From contig NC_068981.1 in NCBI RefSeq assembly GCF_001194135.2, positions 174,407,916 to 174,448,849 on the forward strand: a DNA stretch of 40,934 nucleotides, read 5' to 3'. The notes beneath the pieces were generated by a model, which saw only the letters and a list, made by a program, of their open reading frames with translations, was not told the origin of the DNA and did not search any database. Origin of the DNA: Octopus bimaculoides. Its lineage: Eukaryota. Both the position numbers and the translations under genes were made by a program. Positions 22,341 to 35,666 of the stretch are shown piece by piece. Position 1 is the stretch's first letter. Each line of letters opens with the position of its first letter.

Positions 22341-23350
22341 TGCTCGTTCAAATCATTTAGCTTTAAGTTCATTTCATTGTATTTCATTGTTTTATTGGTC
22401 GGTGGGGAGTTCTTGAATTTGTTGTGGTGTATTTAGATATATTGTTCTGCCATTTTTAGTAACATGTGTTTGTGCATTTCTTCTTCCGATAAGAAAAAAT
22501 GCCTCTCATTTTCTGAATATATTCTCAAATCTGTTTCCACTTTGTTTGTGAGTCTCAGTATTTATAATATTGGTGGTGGTAGTGGAGGTGAGCATAGTTG
22601 TTTCAATGTTTTTTTTTCTTGCTTGTCACTGTTGTTGTTGCTGTTGTTCTTGTTAGTATTCACAACAATCAGGCCGTTATTATCGAAGAGTAACATTGTG
22701 AGTGACAAAACTAAATTGAGGGGACTCCTTGGTCGATAGTGTATTACTCCATCGACGCAAGATGTGGTTGTGCGATGTCAAAATAAACATCTAATCCCTT
22801 TTGTATATTTTCAAAGATTGGGATAGATTTAACTTCTCTATTAGTTTAGATCTTTGTAGACGGGAAATATAAAACTACTCAATTTTTCTTGAATGTGTAT
22901 GTGGTTGTGAAACTGGTAGAGTAAAGAATCAATGTTTGTAGAAGTCTTGTTAAATATATGTATTGTGGAGTTGAATGCAAAGAGGGAATTCTATTGGATA
23001 CAAAGAGGTAAGTTTTTAACTCGCTATATAACCATATTGGTAGAAAGGTGAAGGATAAACTTATAAAAATTTAGTAGATAACCGCCCTCATGATAAAAAG
23101 CCAAAGACACTGGATAGAGTGTATGATGCCTGAAGATATATTTTACATTTCGGATAGAAGGCCTGCAAGGTTTGCAGGGTAGGTAGAAGCATCTAGAAAC
23201 ATGGTGAGTTTTTTCAAGTGCAGTGGGTCGTATTCTTGACTTCCATTGCTGCAGGTGTGTATGAATCACAGAGTAATTGAGATTATGCACGTTAATTGTT
23301 TGAGCGATTAATCACTAAATTTTGCTAAACCTTATTAAAAAGTTAAGCAT

Positions 23351-23533
23351 GCTAGGCGAAATACTTAGCGACATTTCGTCCGTCTTTACATTCTGATTTC
23401 AAATTCTGCTGAGGTTGACTTCCCATTTCATCCTTTCAGGGTCGGTAAAGTCCCAGTTGGATAATGGAGTCGATGTAATCGACTTACCTGCTTCCCTGAA
23501 GTTGCTGGCTTTGTGTCAAAATTTGAAAACAAT
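23351..23533 (+). mobile_element. SINE family B, 5'-truncated
   Basis: GGCGAAATACTTAGCGACATTTCGTCCGTCTTTACATTCTGATTTCAAATTC...GTCGATGTAATCGAC...AAAATTTGAAAAC. Confidence 0.85.
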
Positions 23534-24179
23534 TAAAAAGATTTATTGGCTATAAAAATAGAGAACGACATAGAATGCAAAGTACTTCCAGCGTTATGAA
23601 CATCGTTTAAGTGAACTTAATTTTAAGCAAAATGCATTCAGACTAAATACTTTGTACATTTCGTTTTACATGCTGGCTACAGAGGATGTAAAATGTACAC
23701 AACGAGGAAGCATTCAAGTGATATTTGATTCCCATCAAGCCGGCACGTGTGAAGCAGAAACGCAGAGTTTCGGCCTGCACGCATATGGAGTTACACACAG
23801 AGTTATATGTGGATAAAAATGCATCATTTCACGAGTGATTGTCTGATACTACCCAAATATTTTAGCTCGCTAAGATTAGATCTACTCTATATATCTTACA
23901 CAAAGCATTGTATACATATATTGATACAAATTTGTCACAATGGAAAAAGTTAAAGTTGGTGCATATAATGATATGAATATAGAATCATAAAAACATATAC
24001 TGCAATGCACCTATGCGAATACATATGTAGAATTGTAATATTTTCTCTTAATGCAAACACCAGGCCTACATTTATTGTGTAACTCTTTCTTTTTCGCAAC
24101 ATGATCGGAGGACTATTTGTCGCACTGTTAGCCAAGCAGTTGACGCATAAAAACAAAAATAACAATGACTTTTTAATTT

Positions 24180-24195
24180 ATATATATGTATATAT

Positions 24196-24235
<40 letters not shown>

Positions 24236-24295
24236 NNNNNNNNNNNNNNNNNNNNNNNNNNNNNNNNNNNNNNNNNNNNTATATATATGATATAT
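24180..24295. repeat. (TA)n tract with N gap 24236-24279
   Basis: TA run on both sides of the gap. Confidence 0.93.
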
Positions 24296-25434
24296 ATGTG
24301 ATAACTGATTTTATTACCGCTACTAATATCTAAAGGAAATTATGTTGCTATATAATTACGTATGTAAACGGATTTCTATTGCAATTAGTTTTTCGTGTGG
24401 CTGATTTTCTCTTTTGTGTATCTCTTAGCTCACCTTATATATGACATGTAAATTTGAGCTGACAAGTATACTTAATAATCCAAATAATTTGGTAGAAGAG
24501 AAGTATTTCTATAAGTAAAAATCGGTAAACGTATTCGTCTTACTTATTAATAATTCTTAACGTCGCTTCTTTGGCAATCACTTTTTCTTTCTTTCTTTCT
24601 TTTTTTTTTGAGATATTAAATTCGTCAGTAAAACTTAGTAACCAGTCAGGAAAGCATTGATTGAAGCAAACAGAGGAGAAAAAGAGTGACATAACATTGT
24701 TTGGTAGTTATATTCGGTGCCAGAATGATAGAATGTACATACAACGGTAAAATATTTCATGAAAAACATTTATTTGGTTGTGTCATATTATAGACTAATG
24801 GCAAAATATGAAGGATTACTAGTTTTTTTGTGCCTTTATGCGCATGTATATAGTGGTTTGTGCGTGCATGTGTATTATTGTTGTCTATGAAGTAGTAAAT
24901 ACCTTTACAATAATCGTGAACATTCTTTATTTTTTCTTTTCATTATTGGTATTTAGTACTTGTTCCAAGAGTTCTTATTGAATAACCTTCAACACTCCTC
25001 TGTTTTTTACATCCCCTAACCCGAAAATTTCTTTCTGTGCTTCATTCGTGTGCTCGTTGTTAAATATTCATGATTCTGAATACATAAACTTTAATAGCCA
25101 TTAGTGTCGGAGGTCAATATTTCCTAACATTTTTACGTCATCCCCTTGTCAATAATGCATTAATATGACGGACAATTAAGCTGCTTGGCATAGTAAAGTA
25201 CTTTAATAGACCGTTTAGGTCAATATTGATCGACGATTTTATGTTGCTACGTTCCCAATAAATCAATATTACGTGATTATCGATGTTTGATATCAGCTGC
25301 TTCATATTAAGGATTGATTATATTCGATATGTTTGTGTCCCTAATGCTGGATTTTGCTGTAATTGTTGGTTTTGAACTACTTTTCTATGGACTTAGTAAA
25401 AACATCTTATAAGAAAGGAAATTATTGTTTTAGA

Positions 25435-25473
<39 letters not shown>

Positions 25474-26399
25474 TACATATATGTATATGAATCCATGAAT
25501 TTCAAAATAAAATCTCTTAATCTTTTGATATTTTCATTGATCATTATATCAGGCGCAGTATTTGTGTAAATGTTTATATTCTAAATTTGCGTTTATCCAA
25601 AACAAAAGTGAGACTTAGTGAATGTTACATCGTACTAAAGCTACGTCTGATATTTTCAAGAGAATAGGTAGCTTACAGAAAAATAGATCAGTTATAAACT
25701 AAGTGCTTTGCAGATACTGTAATGTAATTGTATTTTGTATTCAGATACCTTCAGCCAGAGCCACCAGCATCAAGATAGTTTTGGTTGAAAAGAGGTGATC
25801 GAGGGAACACTGGCTTAGGCTTCACTATACCCAGATCAAGTAGCTGGGTGAGGGTGTATATTGTAAGATGCAAAAGACCCCGTAATTCTAGAATACAACA
25901 TTAATGCTCTGTCCATGCATTGCATCTGTAAATGTATGTTGAACTGTGTTCTTCACAACACTCATATCTTATGTATCAAAAAAGCGGGAGTATCAGTAAA
26001 GATAACTCGAAGGTAATTAACGAACTTGCACAAAGTGCCTTGAGAAACAGTGTAATGATGTAAACGACTGTCATTCTGAAGAATTAGACTAAGATTTTAT
26101 TCAAATTATACTATAATATAAATGTTAAGAAATCTCATTATGGCATAAAGTGTCACTTCTAAAGATATGTATTGTAGCTTAACGTTAGTTGAATGACGGG
26201 AACCTACTTTGCCTACATCAGCAGTTGTAGCGTAGATTTTACTGATCTTGATAACGAAAACACTACATCTTAAGAAGGAAGTTGAATTTCTTCACTATCC
26301 GCCGGGGGTTTGAAAAGTGATCTGTTAAAAAGAGAAACCCTTTAAATGTCCAACGCCATCTATCGAGAGATTTGCATAAATTTGATTAGAGCCATCTCG

Positions 26400-27520
26400 G
26401 TAAGCTTTATTTTGAAATATTTGTGCTGCTTTTAGATCAAATGGCAGAATATTTGTAAAAAAAAAAATTGTTTGATGATAAAAGACATAAAGTAATTGTT
26501 GGGCGTATAGAAATTCATGGGTTAACATGAAAGAATATTTTGAGTGCACGCATCGTGGGTGTTCTTGCGCTATTGAATTGAATTTCATCGAGAAGCTTTA
26601 GAATGCTACAATAAATTGGTTAACGAATCATTTTGTCAATAGGTTGCTTTGATAGCTCTAACTACATTCCCTTTGCAATTTCAACACAATATTTTACAAA
26701 TATCGACTATTCGTAATTGCAATGGAAGACTGAATCGGGGTTGGATTTGTTGTTGTTAAATCCATACAGTGAGATACTTTAAATGTATCGAAGCAGTATT
26801 TCGTCCTTCGCATACAATTAAATCAATTTGTGGTATATACAATTTCATCTCTGAACTATTTTTAGATATATTTATGAAAGTTGCTACTGATTGATATTTT
26901 TGAATTCTAACAAGCAGCAGGAGACCAATAATATTGATATTTAATGATATAAACCAGCAATATACCGTTTTAATTTCAGCGTAACATTCTTCAACTTTTA
27001 CTTGGTAGACGTATATGACACTTAAAACATAAAAATCCAGAATTTGATTCTGTTAGGAATTGGAATTTCTTTAACTTTATTGTTAATGAGGGGAGAAAGC
27101 TCTTTAGTCTCCCGAAAAATGCGGGAGACAGGGAGAAAGATATTCTGAAACCAGAAACATGGATCGAATGATTGCGACGAAGTGGACACCGCTAAAGGTG
27201 CCATGTGGTGTTGTTAAACTAGGTGACAAATAAATTCTACCAACGAAGAAGGCCATTGTAGGATTTCTACTGAAACAAATACATGTACCTCAGCCTGATG
27301 TTCTTACAATTTCGCTTATTCATCACTACGCATGAATACTTCTTTCAGCGATCCCGAAAGGAGAAAAGGTAAAGTTGCCATTAGCAGCATATGAACTTTG
27401 AGTACAGAGCGTTAGAACAAATATCGCATGGCAGTCTTTCCGGTGCTCTAATGACACTTTCAGGTCACCGTCAATATTTACTGGTTGAAAAAGAAAAAAA
27501 AAAAACATTCACAAAAACGA
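26400..27520 (+). mobile_element. Highly degenerate hAT (Charlie-type) transposase relic
   Basis: FHREALEC (26583-26606) is followed about 54 codons later by HTVRYF (cf. HREAL...HTEVRWL), then LIDIF (cf. YLxDIF) and a C-terminal LVEKEKKKHS-like end. Many stops; motif-level match only. Confidence 0.4.
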
Positions 27521-28019
27521 AATCAAAATATAATCAATAATACAGGTCAAATTTTCAAACTTCTGTATCTGAGAGTTGAATTCATAATTATGTTTCCCTG
27601 AGTGGAATCCATTTTTCTTTCTAAAATATTACAAAAAAATCACAAAACATCCATAACTGAAAGATGATCATGTCCAGTACCATATATTTAATGATTTCCG
27701 CACGAAATACAACTTAGATAAAGTATATTATATTTAACTTTCCAGAACCTTTTGTTACTGGCTTAACACTTTCAACAGTTTCTGCATCGAATTTGATAAC
27801 ACTCGAACACAAATTTATTTATGTATGTAATATTTTATATCGAAATCGTATTATTGATTACAGGTTTCCAAGGGTTCAATTACTTGTTAATTGCATTTCT
27901 GGTGCCAAGAATGACAGAAGAGTATTTGTAAATCACTGCAGAACTAATATAAAAAACAACTACACGTGGGAAGTATTAATATTTCGTTTTTTTTAATGAT
28001 ATGTCAGTAAATTAAATAC

Positions 28020-28424
28020 TGGTTGTGTGGTAAAAAGCTTGCTTCCCAACTATATAGTTCCGGGTTCAGTCCCACTGCGTGGAACCTTGGGCGAGTGTCT
28101 TTTATTATAGCCTCGGGTCGACCAAAGCCTTGTCAGTGGATTTAGTAGACGGAAACTGAAAGAAGCCCGTCGTATATATGTATATATACATGTGTGTATG
28201 TGTGTGTATATGTTTGTGTGTTTGTGTTTGTCCCCCAACATCGCTTGACAACCGATGCTGGTGCGTTTATGTCCCCGTAACCTAGCGGTTCAGCAAAAGC
28301 GACCAATAGAATAAGTAATAGGCTTCCAAAGTATAAGTCCTGGGGTCAATTTGCTCGACTAAAGCCGGTGCTCCAGCATGGCCACAGTCAAATGACTGAA
28401 ACAAGTAAAAGAGAGAGTAAAGAG
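28020..28424 (+). mobile_element. tRNA-derived SINE family A (CORE-like), full length
   Basis: TGTGTGGTAAAAAGCTTGC head, GGGTTCAGTCCC B box, ACCTTGGGCGAGTGTCTT, internal TA/TG tract, 3' CTCCAGCATGGCCACAGTCAAATGACTGAAACAAGTAAAAGAG. Confidence 0.9.
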
Positions 28425-29069
28425 TATATATATATATATATATATAGTTTTTGCCAAGCTAACATGGCAGTCCGGGAATATAGGACGAATACGCCATCGC
28501 CTTGGAGCTAATCAACGGCAGCATTCGTTCTAATTTCCTGAACTGCCATGTTAGCTTAGCGATGACTATTAATATCCAGTACCGCTACCGTAGTCTCCTT
28601 GAGAGAGGTTTAGATATATATATATATGTAGGTATGTATGCACACAGAGAGAGAGAGAGAGAATAATGAAGGTCTTCAAGTCATGTATATATGTGTGTGT
28701 GTGTATGTTTAACTGCAACGCTTTCAGTCCTTTCTTTCGCCACTTATACCACCTATCTACCCCAAGAAGCTCACATTTCACGCTGCCTGTTACATCAATC
28801 AGGTCTTCAAAGTAGTGAACCAAATGTGTGCTAAAGAATAATTTTGAGTATGTCTTAGATTATTTGCTGTATCATCGAGTAAACAAGATTTCTTCCTGCC
28901 GTCCACTATAACAGTTGAAACAATGTGAAAAACAGAGCCATCAACCTCTTGCCGTTCAGTCGGGCCGTTTTATAATAGAAAAGTAAAATCTGAGCGACCA
29001 GATGCTATTAAGAACATGAGGTGCCTGTAAGTTTCCTAGTCGGATAACAAACCTTGCCATATGTATCTA

Positions 29070-30490
29070 CAGCTTCAGGTTTTAGAAAAGGAAAGCCGGT
29101 ACATCTAATGAGAAAATTAAAATGAAACGTAACATGCTCGGACTCTGCGGAACGAGGTGAAGTGAAACATTAATTCGCGGTAGGAAAGACAGTGTGCGAG
29201 AGCAATAGGTGGCATACGTTTCATCGCAAGTAAAAAAATGAGCGTAGAAAAATGGTATCTTGGAATTTTTCATCAGACTTAGCGGTGCTAAACGTTCGTC
29301 TCGCAGGAAATACTATGCTCAAGATTGTCCAAACTTATGCTCACACGTGTAATAGCAAGGATGATGAAGTGGAGAAATTCTAACATGGACTGCTTTCTTA
29401 CAAATCCACTCGTATTGATCGGAAAAGTGCCGTAGGGCGAGAAACAAGTTCGAAAATTTAGACTGAGAGGGGAAATGAATGACAAGGATGTTTAATCAAC
29501 ATAACAGCGAGGTAAAGAGATTAAATCGGGAACTGTCGGCTTAGAATAAATATCTGGAAAGTGATGAACCTATACAACCCAAAGACACAGTCTCAAAATG
29601 AGATCGACTACACCCTGGTCGACAAACGACACATATGCAAGACATATTAGGCATACCACCATTCACAATACTAACAACGGCCATCGCTCTAATTCATATT
29701 TTAGATCAAGCAAAAAAATCATCCAATTCTTAAGTGTCTGAAGATGAAGGTACAATAAATTCAGCATTTCCTGGAAGCGAAAATATTCTAGAATGAATAA
29801 AATATTATCAGCTGCCTCAAAGCCTCGTCTTCGTAGATTAGGAAAAGGTTTTCGATGGCGCTATGTTGAATGTAGTGATTAAATCTCTAGAGATGGAAGG
29901 AGTCGAAACACAACATCTCAAACTTATCCGGGCGGTGAACTCGGGATGCACCGATAATACAGCTTTGCTCTCATTACTCGTTAGAGTTCACGTTGGTATG
30001 CCTGTCAAACTAGGGGTTACCATCTTTCTAAAGCTCTTCACTGAATGTCTTGAGATGGTCAACAGAGACATTGATCGGACGACATCGTGTTCATCAGAGA
30101 AACCTCAAATCGGCTGCACACCAGCTGGGCAAGAGCCTGCATGACAATTTCGTCAATTAGTACCGTCTGATCTGCACCCTTATATATTAGTGAGATCTGA
30201 GATACGAAGGAGAAAGAAAAGTAAGTGGCTATGACACAGAGGGCCATGGAAAGACCCATGATAGGAACATTATTGCGAGAACGTATCTCAAATAGGGTAA
30301 TTCAGAAACAGAGTGCAGTGAAGGTACAAGCTCCGCTGGGTGGGACATGCTGCAAGGCACACTGACAGAAGACGAACCTGTCAGTGATATCCAAGAGATC
30401 GGAAGTGACCACTCCGAAGACCGCCAAGATGGTGAGAAGATGGTATGCAAAAACTGCGGACCCATTTGGAATAGAAGAGTACAATCGATG
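29070..30490 (+). mobile_element. RTE-clade LINE relic (APE, RT and thumb fragments, multiply deleted)
   Basis: APE: LKIVQTYAHTCNSKDDEVEKF and QNEIDYTLVDKRH. RT: VFVD*EKVFD, VKLGVTIFLKLFTECLE (cf. VKQGDTISPKLFTACLE), DDIVFI. Thumb: TQRAMERPMIG, LRWVGHAAR, YPRDRK..RRPPRW. Confidence 0.88.
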
Positions 30491-31386
30491 AACGGAAATG
30501 CATTATGACCTGCGATGTTTAAGGATATCTGATAGTCGTGTCAATAAAATAAGAGCTATCAACGATTACAACCATTCCTTATTGCATGTGTCCATTTAAT
30601 TTTCAATGAATTCAAATTTCGGAATTCTGTCCTTTTCTTTCTTTGACGAGAATGTTCATTAACGCTAATGATTTTTGTTTTCCTTCTACGGGCGAAATTT
30701 TAACTCTTTAATGCTCTTTCAATTAACACACAAATCACAGTAAAAACAAAATCTGCCATCCAAAAGCAAATACCTTAATTTCAAGTCAATATAATTATAA
30801 GATTTTTAAATTTCATATTTCTTGAAATTTTAATAAATTATTATATTGTCTTTTAATTTTTGATTAGTTTCTTAAAAACAGCTTTCAGCTGACTATGTTG
30901 TGTAAATAATGTTTTGTAATGTAATTTCTCACACACTATGACGTAATTCACTGTATATATTTTAATATTCTATTGCTATCTTTCCAGAGGAAGGGAAAAT
31001 TATAATACCTAATTAATAATCGTATATGGATTGCTGTAGGATTTACTGAAAACAACGCCTTGAAACTAATAAATGTAACTCGTAACGTGATTGTAACTAG
31101 TGATGTACTTTTTGTGTATATTTGGTCTGAAATCTCATGCTATTCATTTATACTGATTTTATTTTATAAAAATAGAATCACTTCGTTCAACAGAGTAATA
31201 TATAAATGGAACCAACATGCGCAATATTAATGAGTCATCGTGACCAGCTAAGGTTAATAGCTGCATAAAACTTATATCATACTTATTGTCTTTAAGATGA
31301 ACAACACAATAAATAATGAAGTCCCGAATACACTGTACCATAATAACTGACGAGATCTCATGGCTGCTATATGAGAGTTCATCAGG

Positions 31387-31516
31387 GGCGTCGACTTTGC
31401 CTTTAATCCTTTCGGGGTCGATAAATTAAGTACCAGTTGCGTACTGGGATCGATCAAATAGACTGTGCCCCTCCCCAAAAATTTCGGGCCTTGTGCCTAG
31501 AGTAGAAAAGATTATT
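31387..31516 (+). mobile_element. SINE family B, 5'-truncated, tandem with the next copy
   Basis: GTCGACTTTGCCTTTAATCCTTTCGGGGTCGATAAATTAAGTACCAG...GGCCTTGTGCCTAGAGTAGAAAAGATTATT. Confidence 0.92.
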
Positions 31517-31518
31517 TT

Positions 31519-31737
31519 AGAGGCAGCCAGCTGGCAGAAGCGTTAGCACGCCGGGTTAAATGCTTAGCGGTATTTCGTCTGTCTTTACGTTCTGAGTTCA
31601 AATTCCGCCGCGATCGACTTTGCCTTTCATCCTTTCGCAGTCGATAAATTAAGTACCAGTTGGGTACTAGGATCGATCTAATCGACTAGCCCCTCCACTA
31701 AAATTTCGGGCCTTGTGCGTAGAGTAGAATAGATTAT
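31519..31737 (+). mobile_element. SINE family B, full length, well preserved
   Basis: CTGGCAGAAGCGTTAGC A-box-like head, GAGTTCAAATTCC B box, complete body and GATTAT tail. Confidence 0.93.
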
Positions 31738-32754
31738 GGTGAATTGATAAAATCGTTATACCGCCTGTAAGAATGTTTCTTGGGATTCGTTCTAGCACTC
31801 AACGTTCTGAGTTCAAGTTCGATTTTATCGGGTAACATCCTTCCCCGAATTTCAGACCAAGTGCCTATGACCAAGTGACTATGAATACTACAGCTTATTT
31901 GAGGAATTATACCTTCACTTTTTCACATATCTTCTAATGTGAATTTATAACGCACATTTTGTTTTCTTATAATATCAACAAATATTGAAATATTATTTTA
32001 GTAAATGCCATCAATTAACTATTTCAGATTTTAAACCTAAGGCATGCCTGTATTTGAATGAAATAGTATTTAATGCCTGGATCTGCTAAACTTATTTTAA
32101 ATAAGATATATTTATTCATAAGATTTGCTGGAATAGGTTTGACCTGGAGCTAATAAACAACTAATTCAATTTACTTTTCCAAATAATTCCCCTTCCGTTA
32201 TAAAAGCATACACTAAAAATAAGTTACTTCATAAGCATTTTAAAAATTTCCGAAAAATCTTATTTATGACTTGTGGGTATAATTATATCCGAACAACTCT
32301 GCATTCTAGAAGTTTAAACACAATACATCCCACTTATCTGTCTCTATTCTATACTTCACTTCGCATATATCTTGTTACCTTCTACAGCGATCCTCATTAA
32401 CTGGTCGTCGTTTCGTAACTTTTTATTTCACAGGCAATACTTCTTCTTGGTTATTTGTTGTTGGAAATCCCTGGCAAACGTTAAAAATTGCTTTTTCAGT
32501 TGAAGAAACGCTTTAAATGATCTTTTCCTTATGCAGATTATCACTGGTAATCTTGGATAATCTTTTACCTTCACACATTTTGTCTATTAATGAAATCTTT
32601 ATGAACTAAAAGTTCCATTAACAGTATCACTCAAGGAATATGTTATAACTCTCTGTACAACTATTCTTCTTCGATGATAGACATTTTCAACCCTTCTCGG
32701 ACCGTAGTTTGATATTCAGCATTTGTGCCAATATATGTAAATACTTACATCTAT

Positions 32755-32756
32755 AC

Positions 32757-32790
<34 letters not shown>

Positions 32791-33516
32791 NNNNNNNNNN
32801 NNNNNNNNNNNNNNNNNNNNNNNNNNNNNNNNNNNNNNNNNNNNNNNNNNNNNNNNNNNNNNNNNNNNNNNNNNNNNNNNNNNNNNNNNNNNNNNNNNNN
32901 NNNNNNNNNNNNNNNNNNNNNNNNNNNNNNNNNNNNNNNNNNNNNNNNNNNNNNNNNNNNNNNNNNNNNNNNNNNNNNNNNNNNNNNNNNNNNNNNNNNN
33001 NNNNNNNNNNNNNNNNNNNNNNNNNNNNNNNNNNNNNNNNNNNNNNNNNNNNNNNNNNNNNNNNNNNNNNNNNNNNNNNNNNNNNNNNNNNNNNNNNNNN
33101 NNNNNNNNNNNNNNNNNNNNNNNNNNNNNNNNNNNNNNNNNNNNNNNNNNNNNNNNNNNNNNNNNNNNNNNNNNNNNNNNNNNNNNNNNNNNNNNNNNNN
33201 NNNNNNNNNNNNNNNNNNNNNNNNNNNNNNNNNNNNNNNNNNNNNNNNNNNNNNNNNNNNNNNNNNNNNNNNNNNNNNNNNNNNNNNNNNNNNNNNNNNN
33301 NNNNNNNNNNNNNNNNNNNNNNNNNNNNNNNNNNNNNNNNNNNNNNNNNNNNNNNNNNNNNNNNNNNNNNNNNNNNNNNNNNNNNNNNNNNNNNNNNNNN
33401 NNNNNNNNNNNNNNNNNNNNNNNNNNNNNNNNNNNNNNNNNNNNNNNNNNNNNNNNNNNNNNNNNNNNNNNNNNNNNNNNNNNNNNNNNNNNNNNNNNNN
33501 NNNNNNNNNNNNNNNN
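32755..33516. other. (TA)n run and 726-bp assembly gap (N 32791-33516)
   Basis: N run; sequence unknown. Confidence 0.98.
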
Positions 33517-33747
33517 CAGCGTAAAAATTACTAGGTACAATTTTACTAAATATAAAGAATATTCTTAAAAAATTATTTTTTTTAAAAGCGTTATAAATTC
33601 TTCATCAGAACGTCATTGACCTCTGTGGAAGAAGTTTCTTTCTCGTGTGTGTAAGCGCTTTCGATTATCTTTTAGAAACACACGTGTTCTTGGATAATGT
33701 ATATATATATATATATATATATCTGTATGTATGTATGTATATATTTA

Positions 33748-34517
33748 TACGTGGCCTGATCAGTAAGTATTCGGACTGAACTGTGCTGTGAATACGCATT
33801 AAGTTTTAACGTTGTAGCTCAATTGTGGTGTTTACAGCAAACGCATTGTAAGGAAGGTCTGTAGCGTGTGATCCTCGCATTGACCATGACAGAAAGTTGA
33901 GCAGAGAAATTTTGCCAAAACCTTGGCGATACCTGCTCAGAGACCTACGCAAACTTTTCAAAATGTTTTCATCGTTCTCGACACAATCAAGGAGATTGTT
34001 TTTGGTCCATTTAGGGCAGTTTTGGCACAAACTCGGCAGGCATACGTCCCTTACTCAAATCTTCAATGATAATGGACTGAACTGAAGCGTAACTAATCTG
34101 CACATCTGATAACTCACAAATGGTGGTTTGACGATTTCTCCTCACAGTTGCACGCACATCTACGACGTTTGTTTGCGGTTCTCCCAAAATGTTCGTCAAT
34201 ATCGACATTTCTTCGGCCATCTTGCAAACATCTGAACACATCTATGCAACACTCTTCTCTATACACTTTCTGCAACTTTGCATAGGCCTCTGCACAGGTA
34301 TCACCACGACAACTTTCTCTCTCAGGATCAACGCGATGATCACACGCTACAGACGTTTATTCTAACCACTGCTATAAAAAGCGGAAGTAAGCTAGAACTT
34401 TAAAATCTAGTGCGCTTGCACTGCAGAGGTCAAGGTCAATCTATGCCAAGCAGCTTCACTTTGCGCGCTTTAGCTTCATTACTATGGCAACAGTCTGGAT
34501 GTTTATTGATCAGACCT

Positions 34518-34521
<4 letters not shown>
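33748..34521. mobile_element. Mariner-derived element made of two converging 5' halves, bounded by TIRs and TA
   Basis: TIRs 33750-33778 and 34491-34519 match at 21/29 (core GG(C/T)CTGATCA.TAA..AT.C.GACTG), each flanked by TA. The minus arm encodes the mariner N-terminus (GDTCAEAYAKLQKVY, VDVRATVRRNRQTTICELSDVQISYASVQSII, AEFVPKL). The plus arm repeats the same 5' region (GTCTGTAGCGTGTGATC..., FCQNLGDTCSETYA). Confidence 0.85.
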
Positions 34522-34552
<31 letters not shown>

Positions 34553-35275
34553 GTATGTGCGTATATGTGCATATACATACGCACACACACATATGTGCCT
34601 GGTATTTAAATGCGTGTGTGTCAGTACATTTATAAGTGCGCGTGGTAGTTTGTTATTGAATTGGCTGAGGGTGAAGCATTGCAACTCAATGCCAATGCGA
34701 CCTGTCGATGACATTCCGCCCTTTATTATTAAAATATATTAAGATATTAACTGTTGAAATATTTCAACGCCTTATACGGTCGTTTTACTTAATAGAGCTC
34801 CCCGTATGTTGGCTTGTACTCACACAAATACGTGCAATATAATAAGAAATTTAATCTGAAATTTCATACTTGGACATACGCTCATTACTTGCACGCACTT
34901 TCATTCTCTCGCCTATATACTGCATGCACACACACGTATAAAGTAAAGTGATGCAAAGAATATTCATACGCAACAGTTAGTCACACTTGCATAAATGCAG
35001 TAAAACATTATGCAAGCAACAATATTATCTCCCTTGAATACAGTAGGTCATCGAGGTCAACGTGACATAACACACGCATCAAAACGCCAATACAATACGG
35101 CTCTGTGTGTGTGTGTGCGCGCGCGCGCGCGTGTGAGCATGTGTACGTATGTACAACTTCAGATACTCCCAAAAGATACATCTCAAGGCTATTGTTATGA
35201 TATATCGAACAGAGGAAACATTTGCATTTTTGTCAGCTATTGAACAACAAGTAGGGTTCAAATGTGATAACAAAT

Positions 35276-35276
<1 letters not shown>

Positions 35277-35331
<55 letters not shown>

Positions 35332-35607
35332 NNNNNNNNNNNNNNNNNNNNNNNNNNNNNNNNNNNNNNNNNNNNNNNNNNNNNNNNNNNNNNNNNNNNN
35401 NNNNNNNNNNNNNNNNNNNNNNNNNNNNNNNNNNNNNNNNNNNNNNNNNNNNNNNNNNNNNNNNNNNNNNNNNNNNNNNNNNNNNNNNNNNNNNNNNNNN
35501 NNNNNNNNNNNNNNNNNNNNNNNNNNNNNNNNNNNNNNNNNNNNNNNNTCTATCTATCTATCTATCCATCCACCCATCCATCCATCCATCCATCCATCCA
35601 TCCATCC

Positions 35608-35666
<59 letters not shown>
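35277..35666. repeat. (TAC)n, N gap 35332-35548, then (TATC)/(TCCA)n compound microsatellite
   Basis: Tri- and tetranucleotide runs flanking the gap. Confidence 0.95.

Noticed and set aside
25742-25875. Exon-like segment bounded by TTCAG and GTAAGA
   Set aside because: All three + frames contain stops and no homology is recognisable.
31347-31386. CTGACGA followed by a stem-loop, resembling a hammerhead ribozyme core
   Set aside because: No GAAA follows stem II and stems I/III cannot be formed; it is only an imperfect hairpin. Other CTGATGA occurrences (e.g. 6955, 8573) also lack the fold.
32400-32700. Possible Mutator-like transposase fragment (FNVCQGFPTTNNQEE, minus strand)
   Set aside because: It is a single weak motif with no supporting collinear motifs, so it is too weak to call.
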